This document shows, one piece after another, positions 1 through 9,285 of a DNA stretch of 53,676 nt. Made by a program: the position numbers and the translations under genes. Each line of letters opens with the position of its first letter. Positions within the stretch are counted from its first letter, which is position 1. Origin of the DNA: Burkholderiaceae bacterium (GTDB lineage Bacteria; Pseudomonadota; Gammaproteobacteria; Burkholderiales; Burkholderiaceae_E); NCBI GenBank assembly GCA_044342535.1, contig JBIIPQ010000001.1:1-53676 (forward strand). The letters run 5' to 3'. The notes under the pieces are model-generated. The model saw only the letters and a program-made list of their open reading frames with translations. It was not told where the DNA came from and ran no database searches.

Positions 1-549
1 ACGGTGGTGGACCCGCAGACGATGCAGGAGGTGCCGCGCGACGGCACGACGATGGGCGAGGTGGTCTTCCGCGGCAACGTGGTGATGAAGGGCTACCTGA
101 AGAACGAGACCGCCACCCGCGAGGCCTTCGAGGGCGGCTGGTTCCACACCGGCGACCTCGGCGTGCTGTACCCCGACGGCTACGTGAAGCTCAAGGACCG
201 CGCCAAGGACATCATCATCTCGGGCGGCGAGAACATCTCGTCGATCGAGGTCGAGGACGCGCTCTACAAGCATCCGGCGGTGATGGCGGTGGGCGTGGTC
301 GCGCGGCCCGATCCGAGATGGGGCGAGACGCCGCTCGCCTTCGTCGAGCTGCGCGCGCTGCTGCAGCCGGTCGACGAGGCCGCGGAGAAGGCGCTCGCCG
401 CCGAGCTGGTCGCGCACTGCCGGCAGCACCTCGCGCACTTCAAGTGTCCGCGCGAGATCCGCTTCGTCGAGCTGCCGAAGACCTCCACCGGCAAGATCCA
501 GAAGCACCTGCTGCGCGCGCTCGCGAAGTCGGCCGCGGCGATCGGCTGA
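1..549 (+). CDS. AMP-dependent synthetase/ligase (acyl-CoA synthetase family), C-terminal part; the 5' end lies outside the window
   Basis: The reading frame is open from base 1 to the stop at 547-549. It carries adenylate-forming enzyme motifs: GWFHTGDLG, DRAKDIIISGGENISS and the C-terminal PKTSTGKIQK. Confidence 0.85.
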   Translation, partial: TVVDPQTMQEVPRDGTTMGEVVFRGNVVMKGYLKNETATREAFEGGWFHTGDLGVLYPDGYVKLKDRAKDIIISGGENISSIEVEDALYKHPAVMAVGVVARPDPRWGETPLAFVELRALLQPVDEAAEKALAAELVAHCRQHLAHFKCPREIRFVELPKTSTGKIQKHLLRALAKSAAAIG

Positions 550-755
550 CCGGCGGCGCCCGCCGCGCCGCATCAACGCCTGCATCCGAGCCGGGCGCGA
601 CCCCATCCCGGACGGCCGCGCTCGGGCCTTCACCGTCCGCTGCCCGGCGCGTGTCCGTTCGTCCGCGGCGGGCTGCGGTCCCCCGTGGGATGGTCCTAGG
701 CTGCCAGCGTCGTTCGAATACACCGTCGCCGCATCGCCTGTTCGGGAGATCCACC

Positions 756-1271
756 ATGTACAAGCGCTTCCTCGTTGCGGCCACGGCCGCGCTGGCCACC
801 GCGAGCGCGCTCGCGACCACGCTGCCGCCGGGCTTCGACGACAACCCGTCGGTCGTCGATGCGGTGGCCAAGGCCCGCAGCACCGGCAAGCCGGTGATCG
901 TGTACTTCACCGAGCACAACTGCCAGACCTGCAGCGCGCTCGACGGCTGGCTGGTGCGCGGCGACATCCGCCAGGCGTTCGGCGGCGGCTACCACTTCTC
1001 GATGGTCTTCGGCGACGACATGGTCCCCAAGGAGCGCGAGCGCTGGAAGGCGACCTACAGCCCGAAGGGCGCGCCCGCCTGGGTGGTGCTCGCCGCCGAC
1101 GGCAGCTACCTGTGCACGTCCTCGGGTGCGTTCCCGAACGCCAGCGCCGCGCTCGAGCTGCACAAGGTGCTGAGCCGCGCCACCACGAAGGGCGGCGACG
1201 CCCGGGCGATGGACGCCGCCGTCAAGCCGCGCGCCTGCAGCGAGAAGGCGCTGGGCCTGCCTTCGACCTGA
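756..1271 (+). CDS. Secreted thioredoxin-fold protein (CxxC variant NCQTC)
   Basis: ATG at 756, in frame with ORF 318..1271. Signal-peptide-like N-terminus MYKRFLVAATAALATASALA, followed by GKPVIVYFTEHNCQTCSALD, typical of thioredoxin-like proteins. The Arg/Ala-rich upstream extension of the ORF was discarded. Confidence 0.6.
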   Translation: MYKRFLVAATAALATASALATTLPPGFDDNPSVVDAVAKARSTGKPVIVYFTEHNCQTCSALDGWLVRGDIRQAFGGGYHFSMVFGDDMVPKERERWKATYSPKGAPAWVVLAADGSYLCTSSGAFPNASAALELHKVLSRATTKGGDARAMDAAVKPRACSEKALGLPST

Positions 1272-1283
1272 GGGTCGGGCCGA

Positions 1284-1305
1284 GGTTCGACCTGAGGGTC
1301 GAACC
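1284..1305. terminator. Candidate bidirectional hairpin between convergent genes
   Basis: Perfect 9-bp stem ggttcgacc / ggtcgaacc with loop tgag, located between the stop at 1271 (+) and the stop at 1315 (-). It is also part of a 16-bp direct repeat, ttcgacctgagggtcg, at 1262-1277 and 1286-1301. No U-tract follows. Confidence 0.3.
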
Positions 1306-1314
1306 GCAAGCGGC

Positions 1315-2517
1315 TCAGGACACCGCGCCCTTGCCGTAGCGCCCGACGAGGAGCGCCCCTTCGTCGAAGCGCTCGAAGCGGTACGGCGCGAGCGAGACGT
1401 CGGTGGCCAGCCCCAACGCCGACTGCGCCAGCAGCCGGCCCACCGCCGGCGACAGCTTGAAGCCGTGGCCGGAGAACCCGAAGCCGACCTGCAGGCCGTC
1501 CCAGCCGGGCAGCGGCCCGAGCACCGGGTTCCAGTCCGGCGTCACGTCGTACAGCCCCGTCCAGGTCGAGGCCACCCCCGCCTCCTCGAAGCTGCGCAGC
1601 CGCGCGGCCACCTGCTCCCCCAGATCGGCCACCACGTCGAGCGGCACGTCGGCCTGGCCCTCGTCCGGGTCGGTCACATGGCCCGCCAGGCCCGGGCTCG
1701 CCAGCAGCTGGCTGCGGCCGTAGCAGCGGGCATAGACCATCGCGGCGCTGGCCATGTCCTTGAGCACCGGATACCTCGGCAGGTAGGGCTCGGGCGCCTC
1801 GAAGGCCATCACCTCGTGCCGCTCGGCCACCAGCGGGATGGCGAGGCCGGTGACCGGCTCGAGCAGCCGGTTCGTCCACACGTTGGCGGCGCAGACCACG
1901 GTGCCCGCCCGGATCGGCCCGGCGTCGGTCTCGATGCCGACCACCCGGCTGCCGACGGTGGTGAGGCCGGTGACCCTGACCCCCTGGCGTACCTCGACCC
2001 CGCGGCGGCGCGCCGCCCGCGCGAACGCGGTGGCGGTGAGGTAGGCGTCGGCGTAGCCGGCCTCGGGCTCGTGACCGAAGACATCCAGCCCTTCGGTACG
2101 CAGCAGCGGCAGCAGTTCCAGCGCCTGCTTCGCATCGATCTCCTCGGCCGAGATGCCCATCGCCCGCTGCTGCGCGAGCGAGGCGCGGACCGCCTCGCCG
2201 CGCGCGTCGCCGGCCCCGACGATCAGGTAACCGCAGCGGTTCAGCCCGCAGTCGGCCTCCGGATCGTCCAGGTAGGCGGCGAAGTCGGTGAAGACCGACC
2301 AGGAGCGGCGGGCCAGCTCGACGTTCTCGCGCACCGAGTAGTGGGTGCGCAGGATGCTGCTCGACTGGCTGGAGGTGCCCTCGGCGATGCCGCCGCGGTC
2401 GACCAGCAGCACGCGGCCGGCGCCGAGCGCGGCGGCATGCCAGGCCACCGAGCAGCCGACGACGCCGGCGCCGACGACGATCAGGTCATACGAATCGGAA
2501 GCCAGGGGTGTGGACAT
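1315..2517 (-). CDS. FAD-dependent oxidoreductase (DAO / sarcosine-oxidase-beta-like family)
   Basis: ATG at 2517 (MSTPLASDSYDLIVVGAGVVGCSVAWH, a GxGxxG dinucleotide fold) within ORF 1315..3183. C-terminal GFSGHGFKLSPAVG is typical of the DAO family. 400 aa. Confidence 0.85.
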   Translation of the reverse strand: MSTPLASDSYDLIVVGAGVVGCSVAWHAAALGAGRVLLVDRGGIAEGTSSQSSSILRTHYSVRENVELARRSWSVFTDFAAYLDDPEADCGLNRCGYLIVGAGDARGEAVRASLAQQRAMGISAEEIDAKQALELLPLLRTEGLDVFGHEPEAGYADAYLTATAFARAARRRGVEVRQGVRVTGLTTVGSRVVGIETDAGPIRAGTVVCAANVWTNRLLEPVTGLAIPLVAERHEVMAFEAPEPYLPRYPVLKDMASAAMVYARCYGRSQLLASPGLAGHVTDPDEGQADVPLDVVADLGEQVAARLRSFEEAGVASTWTGLYDVTPDWNPVLGPLPGWDGLQVGFGFSGHGFKLSPAVGRLLAQSALGLATDVSLAPYRFERFDEGALLVGRYGKGAVS

Positions 2518-2567
2518 CGTGAATGGTCGGACGAAGTGAGAGTGGGGTTTCCGGAGAGAGCCTGCGC

Positions 2568-3164
2568 TCACTCCGGCGCCGGCGTGTCGTACACGATGAC
2601 GGTCAGGAACCGGATCGGCACCTCGAGGATGCGTTCCGGACCGTGCGGCACCGTGCCGTCGAAGGTCAGCGAGTCGCCCGGCTCGAGCAGGTAGGTCGCG
2701 TCGCCGTGGCGGTATTCCAGCCGCCCGACGAGCATGTGGATGAACTCGGTGCCGTCGTGCTCGAAGGTCGGGAACACCTCCGAGGCGTCGTCCATCGAGA
2801 TCAGGAAGGGCTCGAAGCGCTTGCGCGGGCCCTGGTCGTACGACAGCAGGTGGTAGGTGTGGCCCTTGGCGGTGCCGCGCCGGACCACCTCCATGCCTTC
2901 GCCCGCCTTGACGAGCCGCGCCGCGCCGCCCGGGGCGCCGTAGCCCTTGAACAGCGCGCCCAGCGTCACGCCCAGCGCGTTCGCGATCCGCACCAGCGAG
3001 TCGAGGCTGGCGGTGGCCTGGCCGTTCTCGATCTTCGACAGCATGCCGGGCGAGAGCTCGGCCAGGTGCGCGACGTCGGCGATGGTCAGCCGGTTGCGCA
3101 GGCGCGCCTCGCGGACCTGCAGGCCGATGTGACGGTCGAGCGACTCGATGGAGGCCTTGCTCAT
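2568..3164 (-). CDS. XRE-family HTH transcriptional regulator with C-terminal cupin domain
   Basis: ATG at 3164 ([48 protein letters not shown] is an XRE helix-turn-helix). The C-terminal half, [16 protein letters not shown]...[17 protein letters not shown], is a cupin. It is divergent from the GS-like gene. Confidence 0.85.
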   Translation of the reverse strand: MSKASIESLDRHIGLQVREARLRNRLTIADVAHLAELSPGMLSKIENGQATASLDSLVRIANALGVTLGALFKGYGAPGGAARLVKAGEGMEVVRRGTAKGHTYHLLSYDQGPRKRFEPFLISMDDASEVFPTFEHDGTEFIHMLVGRLEYRHGDATYLLEPGDSLTFDGTVPHGPERILEVPIRFLTVIVYDTPAPE

Positions 3165-3174
3165 GTTGACTCCT

Positions 3175-3194
3175 ATGATGCAAAAAAATATCAT
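3175..3194. promoter_or_regulatory. Candidate operator in the divergent promoter region (AT-rich inverted repeat atgat-N10-atcat around an A7 tract)
   Basis: This is the only AT-rich stretch of the 130-nt divergent intergenic region 3165-3294 (tatgatgcaaaaaaatatcatcc). It lies immediately upstream of the XRE-cupin regulator start. Confidence 0.25.
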
Positions 3195-3294
3195 CCAGTT
3201 CAACCCGGCCCCAGAGCCAGGGTCACCAGAACGCCCCTGTCCGCCCTTCCAACGTCCGACGCGTGCTGCCGCGCCGGGCCCAGACGGAGTCAGC

Positions 3295-4641
3295 ATGGCC
3301 TCGCCCACCTCCGCCGCCGACGCCCGCGCCTGGCTCGAGCGGCACAAGATCAAGCTCGTCCTCGCGCAGTTCGTCGACATCCACGGCTCGGCCAAGGCCA
3401 AGGCGGTGCCGGCCGAGCACCTTCGCATGGTGCTGGAAGAGGGCGCGGGCTTCGCCGCCTTCGCGATCTGGGGCATGGGCATGGGCCCCGAGGGCGCCGA
3501 CTACATGGCGGTGGGCGATCCGGCGACGCTCGCGCCGATGCCCTGGCTGCCGGGCTACGCGCGCATCGCCTGCGACGGTCACGTCAAGGGCGCGCCCTAC
3601 GCGCTGTGCTCGCGGGTCGCGCTCAAGAACCAGCTCGCCGGGCTCGCCCGCGAGGGGCTGACCCTCTTCACCGGCATCGAGCCCGAGTTCATGCTGCTCA
3701 AGCATGGCGCCGACGGCCGGCTCGAGCCCGCCGACGGCACCGACACGCTCGAGAAGCCCTGCTACGACTACAAGGGCCTCGCCCGCTCGTCCGCCGTGCT
3801 CGAGGCGATCGTCGACGCGGTGAAGCCGGCCGGCCTCGACGTCTACCAGATCGACCACGAGGACGCGAACGGCCAGTTCGAGGTGAACTTCACCTACGGC
3901 GACGCGCTGTCCTCGGCCGACCGGCTGGTCTTCTTCAAGATGGCCGCGAGCGAGATCGCCCGCGCCCACGGCCTGATCGCCAGCTTCATGCCCAAGCCGT
4001 TCTCCGACCGCACCGGCACCGGCACGCACTTCCACCTGTCGCTGGGCAGCGCCACCTCGAAGAACCTGTTCCACGACGACTCGGACCGCCACGGCCTGGG
4101 CCTGTCGCAGACCGGCTACCACTTCCTCGGCGGGCTGCTGAAGCACGCGCGCGCACTCGCCGCGGTCTGTGCGCCCACCGTCAACTCGTACAAGCGCCTG
4201 GTCGTCGGCCGCGCGCTGTCGGGCGCGACCTGGGCGCCGGCCTACATCGCCTATGGCGACAACAACCGGACCGCGACGGTGCGCGTGCCCTACGGCCGGC
4301 TCGAGCTGCGCCTGCCGGACGGCTCGTGCAATCCCTACCTCGCCACCGCGGCCATCCTCGCGGCCGGCATGGACGGCATCCGCAACCGGATCGACCCGGG
4401 TGCGCCGGTCAACGAGAACCTGTACGAGTGGACGCCGGCCAAGCTCGCCGAGCGCGGCATCGGGCTGCTGCCCCAGACGCTGGGCGAGGCCCTCGACGCG
4501 CTGGAGGCGGACACGGTGGTGCGTGCCGGGCTCGGCGAGGCGCTGGCCGCGGAGTTCGTGCGTCTCAAGCGGATGGAGTGGGTCGAGTACTCGCGCCACG
4601 TGTCCGACTGGGAACGCGATCGCTACGTCGAATTCTTCTGA
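3295..4641 (+). CDS. Glutamine synthetase family protein (gamma-glutamyl-amide synthetase-like, GmaS/GlnA3-type)
   Basis: ATG at 3295 within ORF 3148..4641. GS catalytic-domain motifs: [57 protein letters not shown]. 448 aa, lacking the long GSI N-terminus. Confidence 0.85.
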   Translation: MASPTSAADARAWLERHKIKLVLAQFVDIHGSAKAKAVPAEHLRMVLEEGAGFAAFAIWGMGMGPEGADYMAVGDPATLAPMPWLPGYARIACDGHVKGAPYALCSRVALKNQLAGLAREGLTLFTGIEPEFMLLKHGADGRLEPADGTDTLEKPCYDYKGLARSSAVLEAIVDAVKPAGLDVYQIDHEDANGQFEVNFTYGDALSSADRLVFFKMAASEIARAHGLIASFMPKPFSDRTGTGTHFHLSLGSATSKNLFHDDSDRHGLGLSQTGYHFLGGLLKHARALAAVCAPTVNSYKRLVVGRALSGATWAPAYIAYGDNNRTATVRVPYGRLELRLPDGSCNPYLATAAILAAGMDGIRNRIDPGAPVNENLYEWTPAKLAERGIGLLPQTLGEALDALEADTVVRAGLGEALAAEFVRLKRMEWVEYSRHVSDWERDRYVEFF

Positions 4642-4676
4642 AGTCGAACCCTTCTGAACCACGGAGCACCTGCCCG

Positions 4677-5564
4677 ATGTGCGGCATCGTCGGATTGATG
4701 ATCAGGAACCCCTCGCTGCGCGATCGGCTCGGCGAATGGGCCGAGCCGATGCTGATCGGCATGACCGAGCGCGGTCCGGACTCGGCGGGCATCGCCGTGT
4801 TCACCGAGCCGCTGCCCGCCGGCCAGCGCAAGCTGAGCGTGCAGGCGCCCGACGGCTTCGACTGGGACGCGCTGCGCCACGGCCTGGGCGAGGACGCGAC
4901 GCTCGCGGTCCGCGCGAACCACGGCATCGTGACCTCCGATGCGGACCCGGCCGTGTTGCGTGCCGGCCTGCGCTCGACCTTCCCCGCGCTGCACGTGCTG
5001 TCGGCGGGCCGTGCGATCGACCTGTACAAGGACGTGGGCACGCCGCAGCAGATCGCGGACAAGTACGGCCTGTCGGGCTTCTCGGGCACACACCTGGTCG
5101 CGCACACCCGCATGGCCACCGAGTCGGCGGTCACCCCCGAGAACGCGCATCCGTACACCGCCGGCGAGGACTGGTGCCTGGTGCACAACGGATCGCTGTC
5201 GAACCCCTACAGCCTGCGGCGCAAGCTCGAGCCGCTGGGCATCGCCTTCGACGGCGACTGCGACACCGAGGCCGCGTGCCGCTGGCTCGAGTGGCGCATG
5301 CGCGAGGGCGACACGCTCGAGCAGGCGCTCACGCTCGGCTTCGACGAGCTCGACGGCTTCTACACCTTCCTGATGGGCACCTCCGACGCGCTCGCCATCG
5401 TGCGCGACGGCTTCGCATGCAAGCCGGCGCTGGTCGCCGAGACCGACGACTGGGTGGCGATCGCCTCCGAATACCGCTCGCTCGCGCACCTGCCGGGCGT
5501 CTCCGGCGCGAAGCTCTACGAGCCGCAGCCCGAGCGGATCTACGCCTGGAGGGCGACGGCGTGA
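4677..5564 (+). CDS. Class II glutamine amidotransferase domain protein (glutamate-synthase domain 1-like; MgsA/GlxB-like)
   Basis: Starts MCGIVGL (Ntn Cys2), with later HTRMATES and HNGSLSNP motifs. This is the last 295 aa of the composite ORF 2523..5564. Confidence 0.85.
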   Translation: MCGIVGLMIRNPSLRDRLGEWAEPMLIGMTERGPDSAGIAVFTEPLPAGQRKLSVQAPDGFDWDALRHGLGEDATLAVRANHGIVTSDADPAVLRAGLRSTFPALHVLSAGRAIDLYKDVGTPQQIADKYGLSGFSGTHLVAHTRMATESAVTPENAHPYTAGEDWCLVHNGSLSNPYSLRRKLEPLGIAFDGDCDTEAACRWLEWRMREGDTLEQALTLGFDELDGFYTFLMGTSDALAIVRDGFACKPALVAETDDWVAIASEYRSLAHLPGVSGAKLYEPQPERIYAWRATA

Positions 5565-6247
5565 GCGGATCCAAGACCTTCGACCTCTCGACGGTATCGC
5601 TGAGGGAGCTCAACCGCTTCCTGCACAAGGACCTGTTCGGCACGGCGCACGTGCGCGTCGACCATCCGGACGGCGCGCATTCGATCGCGGTCGGCCTGGA
5701 CGCGCCGGTGCATGTCGACATCATCGGCCACGCCGGCTACTACGCGGCCGGCATGAACAAGCACGCCACCGTCACCGTGCACGGCAACGCCGGCCCCGGC
5801 GTCGCCGAGAACATGATGAGCGGGCTGGTCCGCGTGAAGGGCTTCGCATCGGTGTCCGCCGGGGCCTCGGCACGCGGCGGGCTGCTCGTCATCGAGGGCG
5901 ACTGCGGGCTGCGCTGCGGCATCTCGCTCAAGGGCGGCGACATCGTCGTCGGCGGCAGTGTCGGCAGCTTCTCGATGTTCATGGCGCAGGCCGGCCGCCT
6001 CGTCGTCTGCGGCGACGCGGGCGACGCGCTCGGCGATTCGCTCTACGAGGCGGTGATCTACGTGCGCGGCAGCGTGAAGTCGCTCGGCGCCGATGCCCGC
6101 TTCGAGGACATGACCGACGCCGACTTCGCGGCGGTCGCGGACCTGCTCGCCCGAGCCGGCCTGACCCACGACCCGCGCGAGTTCAAGCGCATCGCGTCGG
6201 CACGCTCCCTGTACCACTGGAACGTCGACGCGCAGCAGGAGTACTGA
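5561..6247 (+). CDS. GXGXG-motif protein (glutamate-synthase domain 3-like; MgsB/GlxC-like)
   Basis: GTG at 5561 overlaps the upstream stop (GTGA). Repeated beta-helix glycine motifs are present (GHAGYYAAGM, HGNAGPGVAENM, VKGFAS, IEGDCG, VGGSVG, VCGDAGDALG). Confidence 0.8.
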   Translation: MSGSKTFDLSTVSLRELNRFLHKDLFGTAHVRVDHPDGAHSIAVGLDAPVHVDIIGHAGYYAAGMNKHATVTVHGNAGPGVAENMMSGLVRVKGFASVSAGASARGGLLVIEGDCGLRCGISLKGGDIVVGGSVGSFSMFMAQAGRLVVCGDAGDALGDSLYEAVIYVRGSVKSLGADARFEDMTDADFAAVADLLARAGLTHDPREFKRIASARSLYHWNVDAQQEY

Positions 6248-6249
6248 CC

Positions 6250-7602
6250 ATGAAGATCCAGCGCGAAGAGAGCTGGGGCTACGACCGCCGCGTGCTCGAC
6301 TACATCCAGCATGCCTCGGCCACCGGCCTCTACGAGATCCGCGGCCTCGGTGCCAAGCGGAAGGTGCCGCACTTCGACGACCTGGTGTTCCTCGCCGCGT
6401 CGCTGTCGCGCTATCCGCTCGAGGGCTACCGCGAGCGCTGCTCGACGAAGACCGTGCTCGGCACGCGCTTCGCGACCAAGCCGATCGAGCTCGCCATCCC
6501 GATCACCGTCGCCGGCATGAGCTTCGGCTCGCTGTCGGCCAACGTGAAGGAGGCGCTCGGACGCGCGGCCACCGAGGCCGGCACGTCCACCACCACCGGC
6601 GACGGCGGCATGACCGAGGAGGAGCGCGGCTCCTCGAAGACGCTGGTCTACCAGTGCCTGCCCTCGCGCTACGGCTTCGACCCCGACCACGTGCGGCGCG
6701 CCGACGCGATCGAGGTGGTGATCGGCCAGGGCGCCAAGCCCGGCGGCGGCGGCATGCTGCTCGGCCAGAAGGTGAACCCCCGGGTCGCCGCGATGCGCAC
6801 CCTGCCCGAGGGCGTGGACCAGCGCAGCGCCTGTCGCCATCCCGACTGGACCGGCCCCGACGACCTCGCCATCAAGATCAAGGAACTGCGCGAGATCACC
6901 GACTGGGAGAAGCCGATCTACGTGAAGGTGGGGGCCACCCGCACCTTCCACGACGTCAAGCTCGCGGTGCACGCCGGGGCCGACGTGGTGGTGGTCGACG
7001 GCATGCAGGGCGGCACCGCCGCCACGCAGACGGTGTTCATCGAGAACGTCGGCATCCCGACCCTGGCCGCGGTGCGCCAGGCGGTCGACGCGCTCGAGGA
7101 CCTGAACATGAAGGGCCAGGTGCAGCTGATCGTGTCCGGCGGCATCCGCACCGGGGCCGACGTCGCCAAGGCGCTCGCGATGGGCGCCGACGCGGTGTCG
7201 ATCGGCCAGGGCGTGCTGATGGCGCTGGGCTGCAACAGCGACACCTGGATCCGCGACGCGCGCCCCGACGGCTCCGGCGGCGAGCACGTGCCGTGCACCG
7301 ACGACTACGCAGCGCTCGGCACCGCGCCCGGCTTCTGCCACCACTGCCACACCGGGCGCTGCCCGGTCGGCGTGACCACGCAGGACGCGGTGCTCGAGCA
7401 GCGGCTGCAGCCGCCGGTGGGCGCGCGCCGCGTGCGCAACTACCTCAAGACGATGGCGATGGAGGTCTCGACCATCGCGCGTGCCTGCGGCAAGCAGGAC
7501 GTCCACCACCTCGAGCGCGAGGACCTGGTGGCGCTGACGGTGGAGGCCGCGGCGATGGCCGGCGTGCCGCTGGCCGGGACGAACTGGATCCCGGGGCGCT
7601 GA
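6250..7602 (+). CDS. FMN-binding glutamate synthase family protein (domain 2-like; MgsC/GlxD-like)
   Basis: Full 450-aa ORF starting 2 nt after the upstream stop. Motifs: AGMSFGSLS, IGQGAKPGGGGML, VVVDGMQGGTAA, VSGGIRTGADVAKALAMGADAV. Confidence 0.9.
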   Translation: MKIQREESWGYDRRVLDYIQHASATGLYEIRGLGAKRKVPHFDDLVFLAASLSRYPLEGYRERCSTKTVLGTRFATKPIELAIPITVAGMSFGSLSANVKEALGRAATEAGTSTTTGDGGMTEEERGSSKTLVYQCLPSRYGFDPDHVRRADAIEVVIGQGAKPGGGGMLLGQKVNPRVAAMRTLPEGVDQRSACRHPDWTGPDDLAIKIKELREITDWEKPIYVKVGATRTFHDVKLAVHAGADVVVVDGMQGGTAATQTVFIENVGIPTLAAVRQAVDALEDLNMKGQVQLIVSGGIRTGADVAKALAMGADAVSIGQGVLMALGCNSDTWIRDARPDGSGGEHVPCTDDYAALGTAPGFCHHCHTGRCPVGVTTQDAVLEQRLQPPVGARRVRNYLKTMAMEVSTIARACGKQDVHHLEREDLVALTVEAAAMAGVPLAGTNWIPGR

Positions 7603-7708
7603 GGCATCCTGCTGGGTGCTCCGAGCATCCCGGGGCGCCCGCCGCGGGCATGATGCGGGTGTCGGCGCCACCCGCGAACGCGCCGCTCCGCCGCCCGTTG
7701 AGGATCGC

Positions 7709-7978
7709 ATGCACGTCTGTCCCCATTGCCGCCAGTCCGGCATCTCCACCCTGAGCCGCCTGTTCCTCGGGCCGCGCGGCACCACCGACTGCACGAAGTG
7801 CGGCAAGGCCGTCGGCGCCGACCCGGATCGCCTCCTCACCGCCGCGGCGCCTGCCGTCACCGGGTTCTTCGCGAGCTTTCTCGTGAGCAGCGTGATGGCG
7901 CACGTGCTGCTGATCGTGCCCGGCATCGTGCTGTCGGTGGTGATGCTGCTGACCTACGTGACCCTGGTCCGGCGCTGA
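7709..7978 (+). CDS. Small zinc-ribbon membrane protein (hypothetical)
   Basis: ATG at 7709: MHVCPHCRQ...CTKCGK (CxxC...CxxC), followed by two hydrophobic helices. Confidence 0.4.
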   Translation: MHVCPHCRQSGISTLSRLFLGPRGTTDCTKCGKAVGADPDRLLTAAAPAVTGFFASFLVSSVMAHVLLIVPGIVLSVVMLLTYVTLVRR

Positions 7979-8054
7979 GGGCGGCCGCACGTATCATCCC
8001 GGCTTCAGCCCCGCCCGCGCCGACGCGCGCCACGACACCGGGAGACGCCCCCGC

Positions 8055-8348
8055 ATGACTATCGTCCCCACGCCCCTCACCGCCGCGGCGGCCGGCGTGT
8101 TCTCCGCCATCGCCTGGCCGATCATGTACGAGCGGTTCCACGACCCCGCGTCCACCTTCGACATCGGCCTGGTCATCGGCACCGCGCTGCTCGTCGCGCT
8201 GCCCGCGCATGCGTTCGTCGTCGGCTTCAAGCGCACCCGCCCCGCCAACCCGAACGTGCTCGACACGGCGCTGCTCAAGCGCGCCGGTGCGTGGCTCGGC
8301 GCGGCCCTGCTCGCGGTGGGCGCGACCGCGCTGCTGCGCGGGCAGTGA
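8055..8348 (+). CDS. Hypothetical membrane protein
   Basis: 97-aa ORF with three hydrophobic segments. No recognisable motif. Confidence 0.4.
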   Translation: MTIVPTPLTAAAAGVFSAIAWPIMYERFHDPASTFDIGLVIGTALLVALPAHAFVVGFKRTRPANPNVLDTALLKRAGAWLGAALLAVGATALLRGQ

Positions 8349-8358
8349 GCGCCGCGCG

Positions 8359-8898
8359 ATGAGCGTCGCGCTGCTGGTGATCGACGTGCAGCGTGCGCTG
8401 TGCGAGGGCGAGACCGCCACCTTCGAGGCCGAGCGCGTGATCGAGCGGATCAATGCCGCCGCGCTCCGTGCACGGGCCGCCGGTGCGCCCGTCGTGTTCG
8501 TGCAGCACGAGGCCGCCGAAGATGACTTCCGCCACGGCGGCGAGGGCTGGCAGCTCGCCCGCGGCCTCGACGTCCGGCCCGAGGACCTGCGCCTGCGCAA
8601 GACCGCCACCGACTCGTTCCACCGGACCGAGCTCGCCGCCATGCTCGAGCGACACGGCGTCACGAGCCTCGCCGTGTGCGGCATGCAGAGCGACTTCTGC
8701 GTCGACACCACCACCCGCCGTGCGCTGGCGCTCGGCTACCCCGTCCAGCTCATCGCAGACGGCCACACCACCGTCGACAACGGCGTGCTGCCCGCCGAGC
8801 TGATCAGCCGCCACCACACCGCCACGCTGACGAACATCTCCAGCTTCGGCGTGCGCGCCGTCGCCGTGACCGCCGCCGAGGTCGACTTCGACCGATAG
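8359..8898 (+). CDS. Isochorismatase-family cysteine hydrolase
   Basis: ATG at 8359: MSVALLVIDVQ..., KTATDSF, and LAVCGMQSDFCVDTT (catalytic Cys context). Confidence 0.8.
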   Translation: MSVALLVIDVQRALCEGETATFEAERVIERINAAALRARAAGAPVVFVQHEAAEDDFRHGGEGWQLARGLDVRPEDLRLRKTATDSFHRTELAAMLERHGVTSLAVCGMQSDFCVDTTTRRALALGYPVQLIADGHTTVDNGVLPAELISRHHTATLTNISSFGVRAVAVTAAEVDFDR

Positions 8899-8964
8899 GG
8901 CCGTTGTTGGCCGGCCGGCCGAACCGCTGCATGCTGACCGCCCCTGCAACCGAAGGACGCGTCG

Positions 8965-9246
8965 ATGAAAGCCACCTGGAACGGAACCGTGATCGCCGAG
9001 AGCGACGACATCGTCACGGTCGAGGGCAACGCCTACTTCCCCGCCGCCGCGCTGCAGCGCCAGTACGTCGTCGACAGCGCCACGAAGACCACCTGCCACT
9101 GGAAGGGCGTCGCGAGCTACTACAGCCTCGACGTCGGCGGCCAGAAGAATCCCGACGCCGTCTGGTACTACCCCACCCCCAAGGCCGGCGCCGAGCAGGT
9201 CAAGGACCGCGTCGCGTTCTGGAAGGGCGTGAAGGTCGAGGCCTGA
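8965..9246 (+). CDS. DUF427 domain protein
   Basis: 93 aa: ATWNGTVIAESDDIVTVEGNAYFP...CHWKGVASYYSL...DAVWYY matches my memory of the DUF427 pattern. Confidence 0.7.
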   Translation: MKATWNGTVIAESDDIVTVEGNAYFPAAALQRQYVVDSATKTTCHWKGVASYYSLDVGGQKNPDAVWYYPTPKAGAEQVKDRVAFWKGVKVEA

Positions 9247-9256
9247 GCCTCCGAGC

Positions 9257-9274
9257 GGCGCCGGGGCCGGCGCC
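9257..9274. terminator. GC palindrome between convergent genes (weak terminator candidate)
   Basis: ggcgccgg-gg-ccggcgcc is a perfect palindrome between the stops at 9246 (+) and 9286 (-). No U-tract. Confidence 0.2.
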
Positions 9275-9285
9275 CGCGCCCGCCG

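Noticed and set aside
318-4676. N-terminal extensions in the ORF track (for example 318-755 ahead of the thioredoxin-like gene, 2523-4676 ahead of the amidotransferase, 3148-3294 ahead of the GS-like gene).
   Set aside because: The extensions overlap other well-supported genes or are Arg-rich low-complexity sequence. Internal ATG or GTG starts give proteins that begin at the conserved N-termini (MCGIVGL, a signal peptide, and so on).
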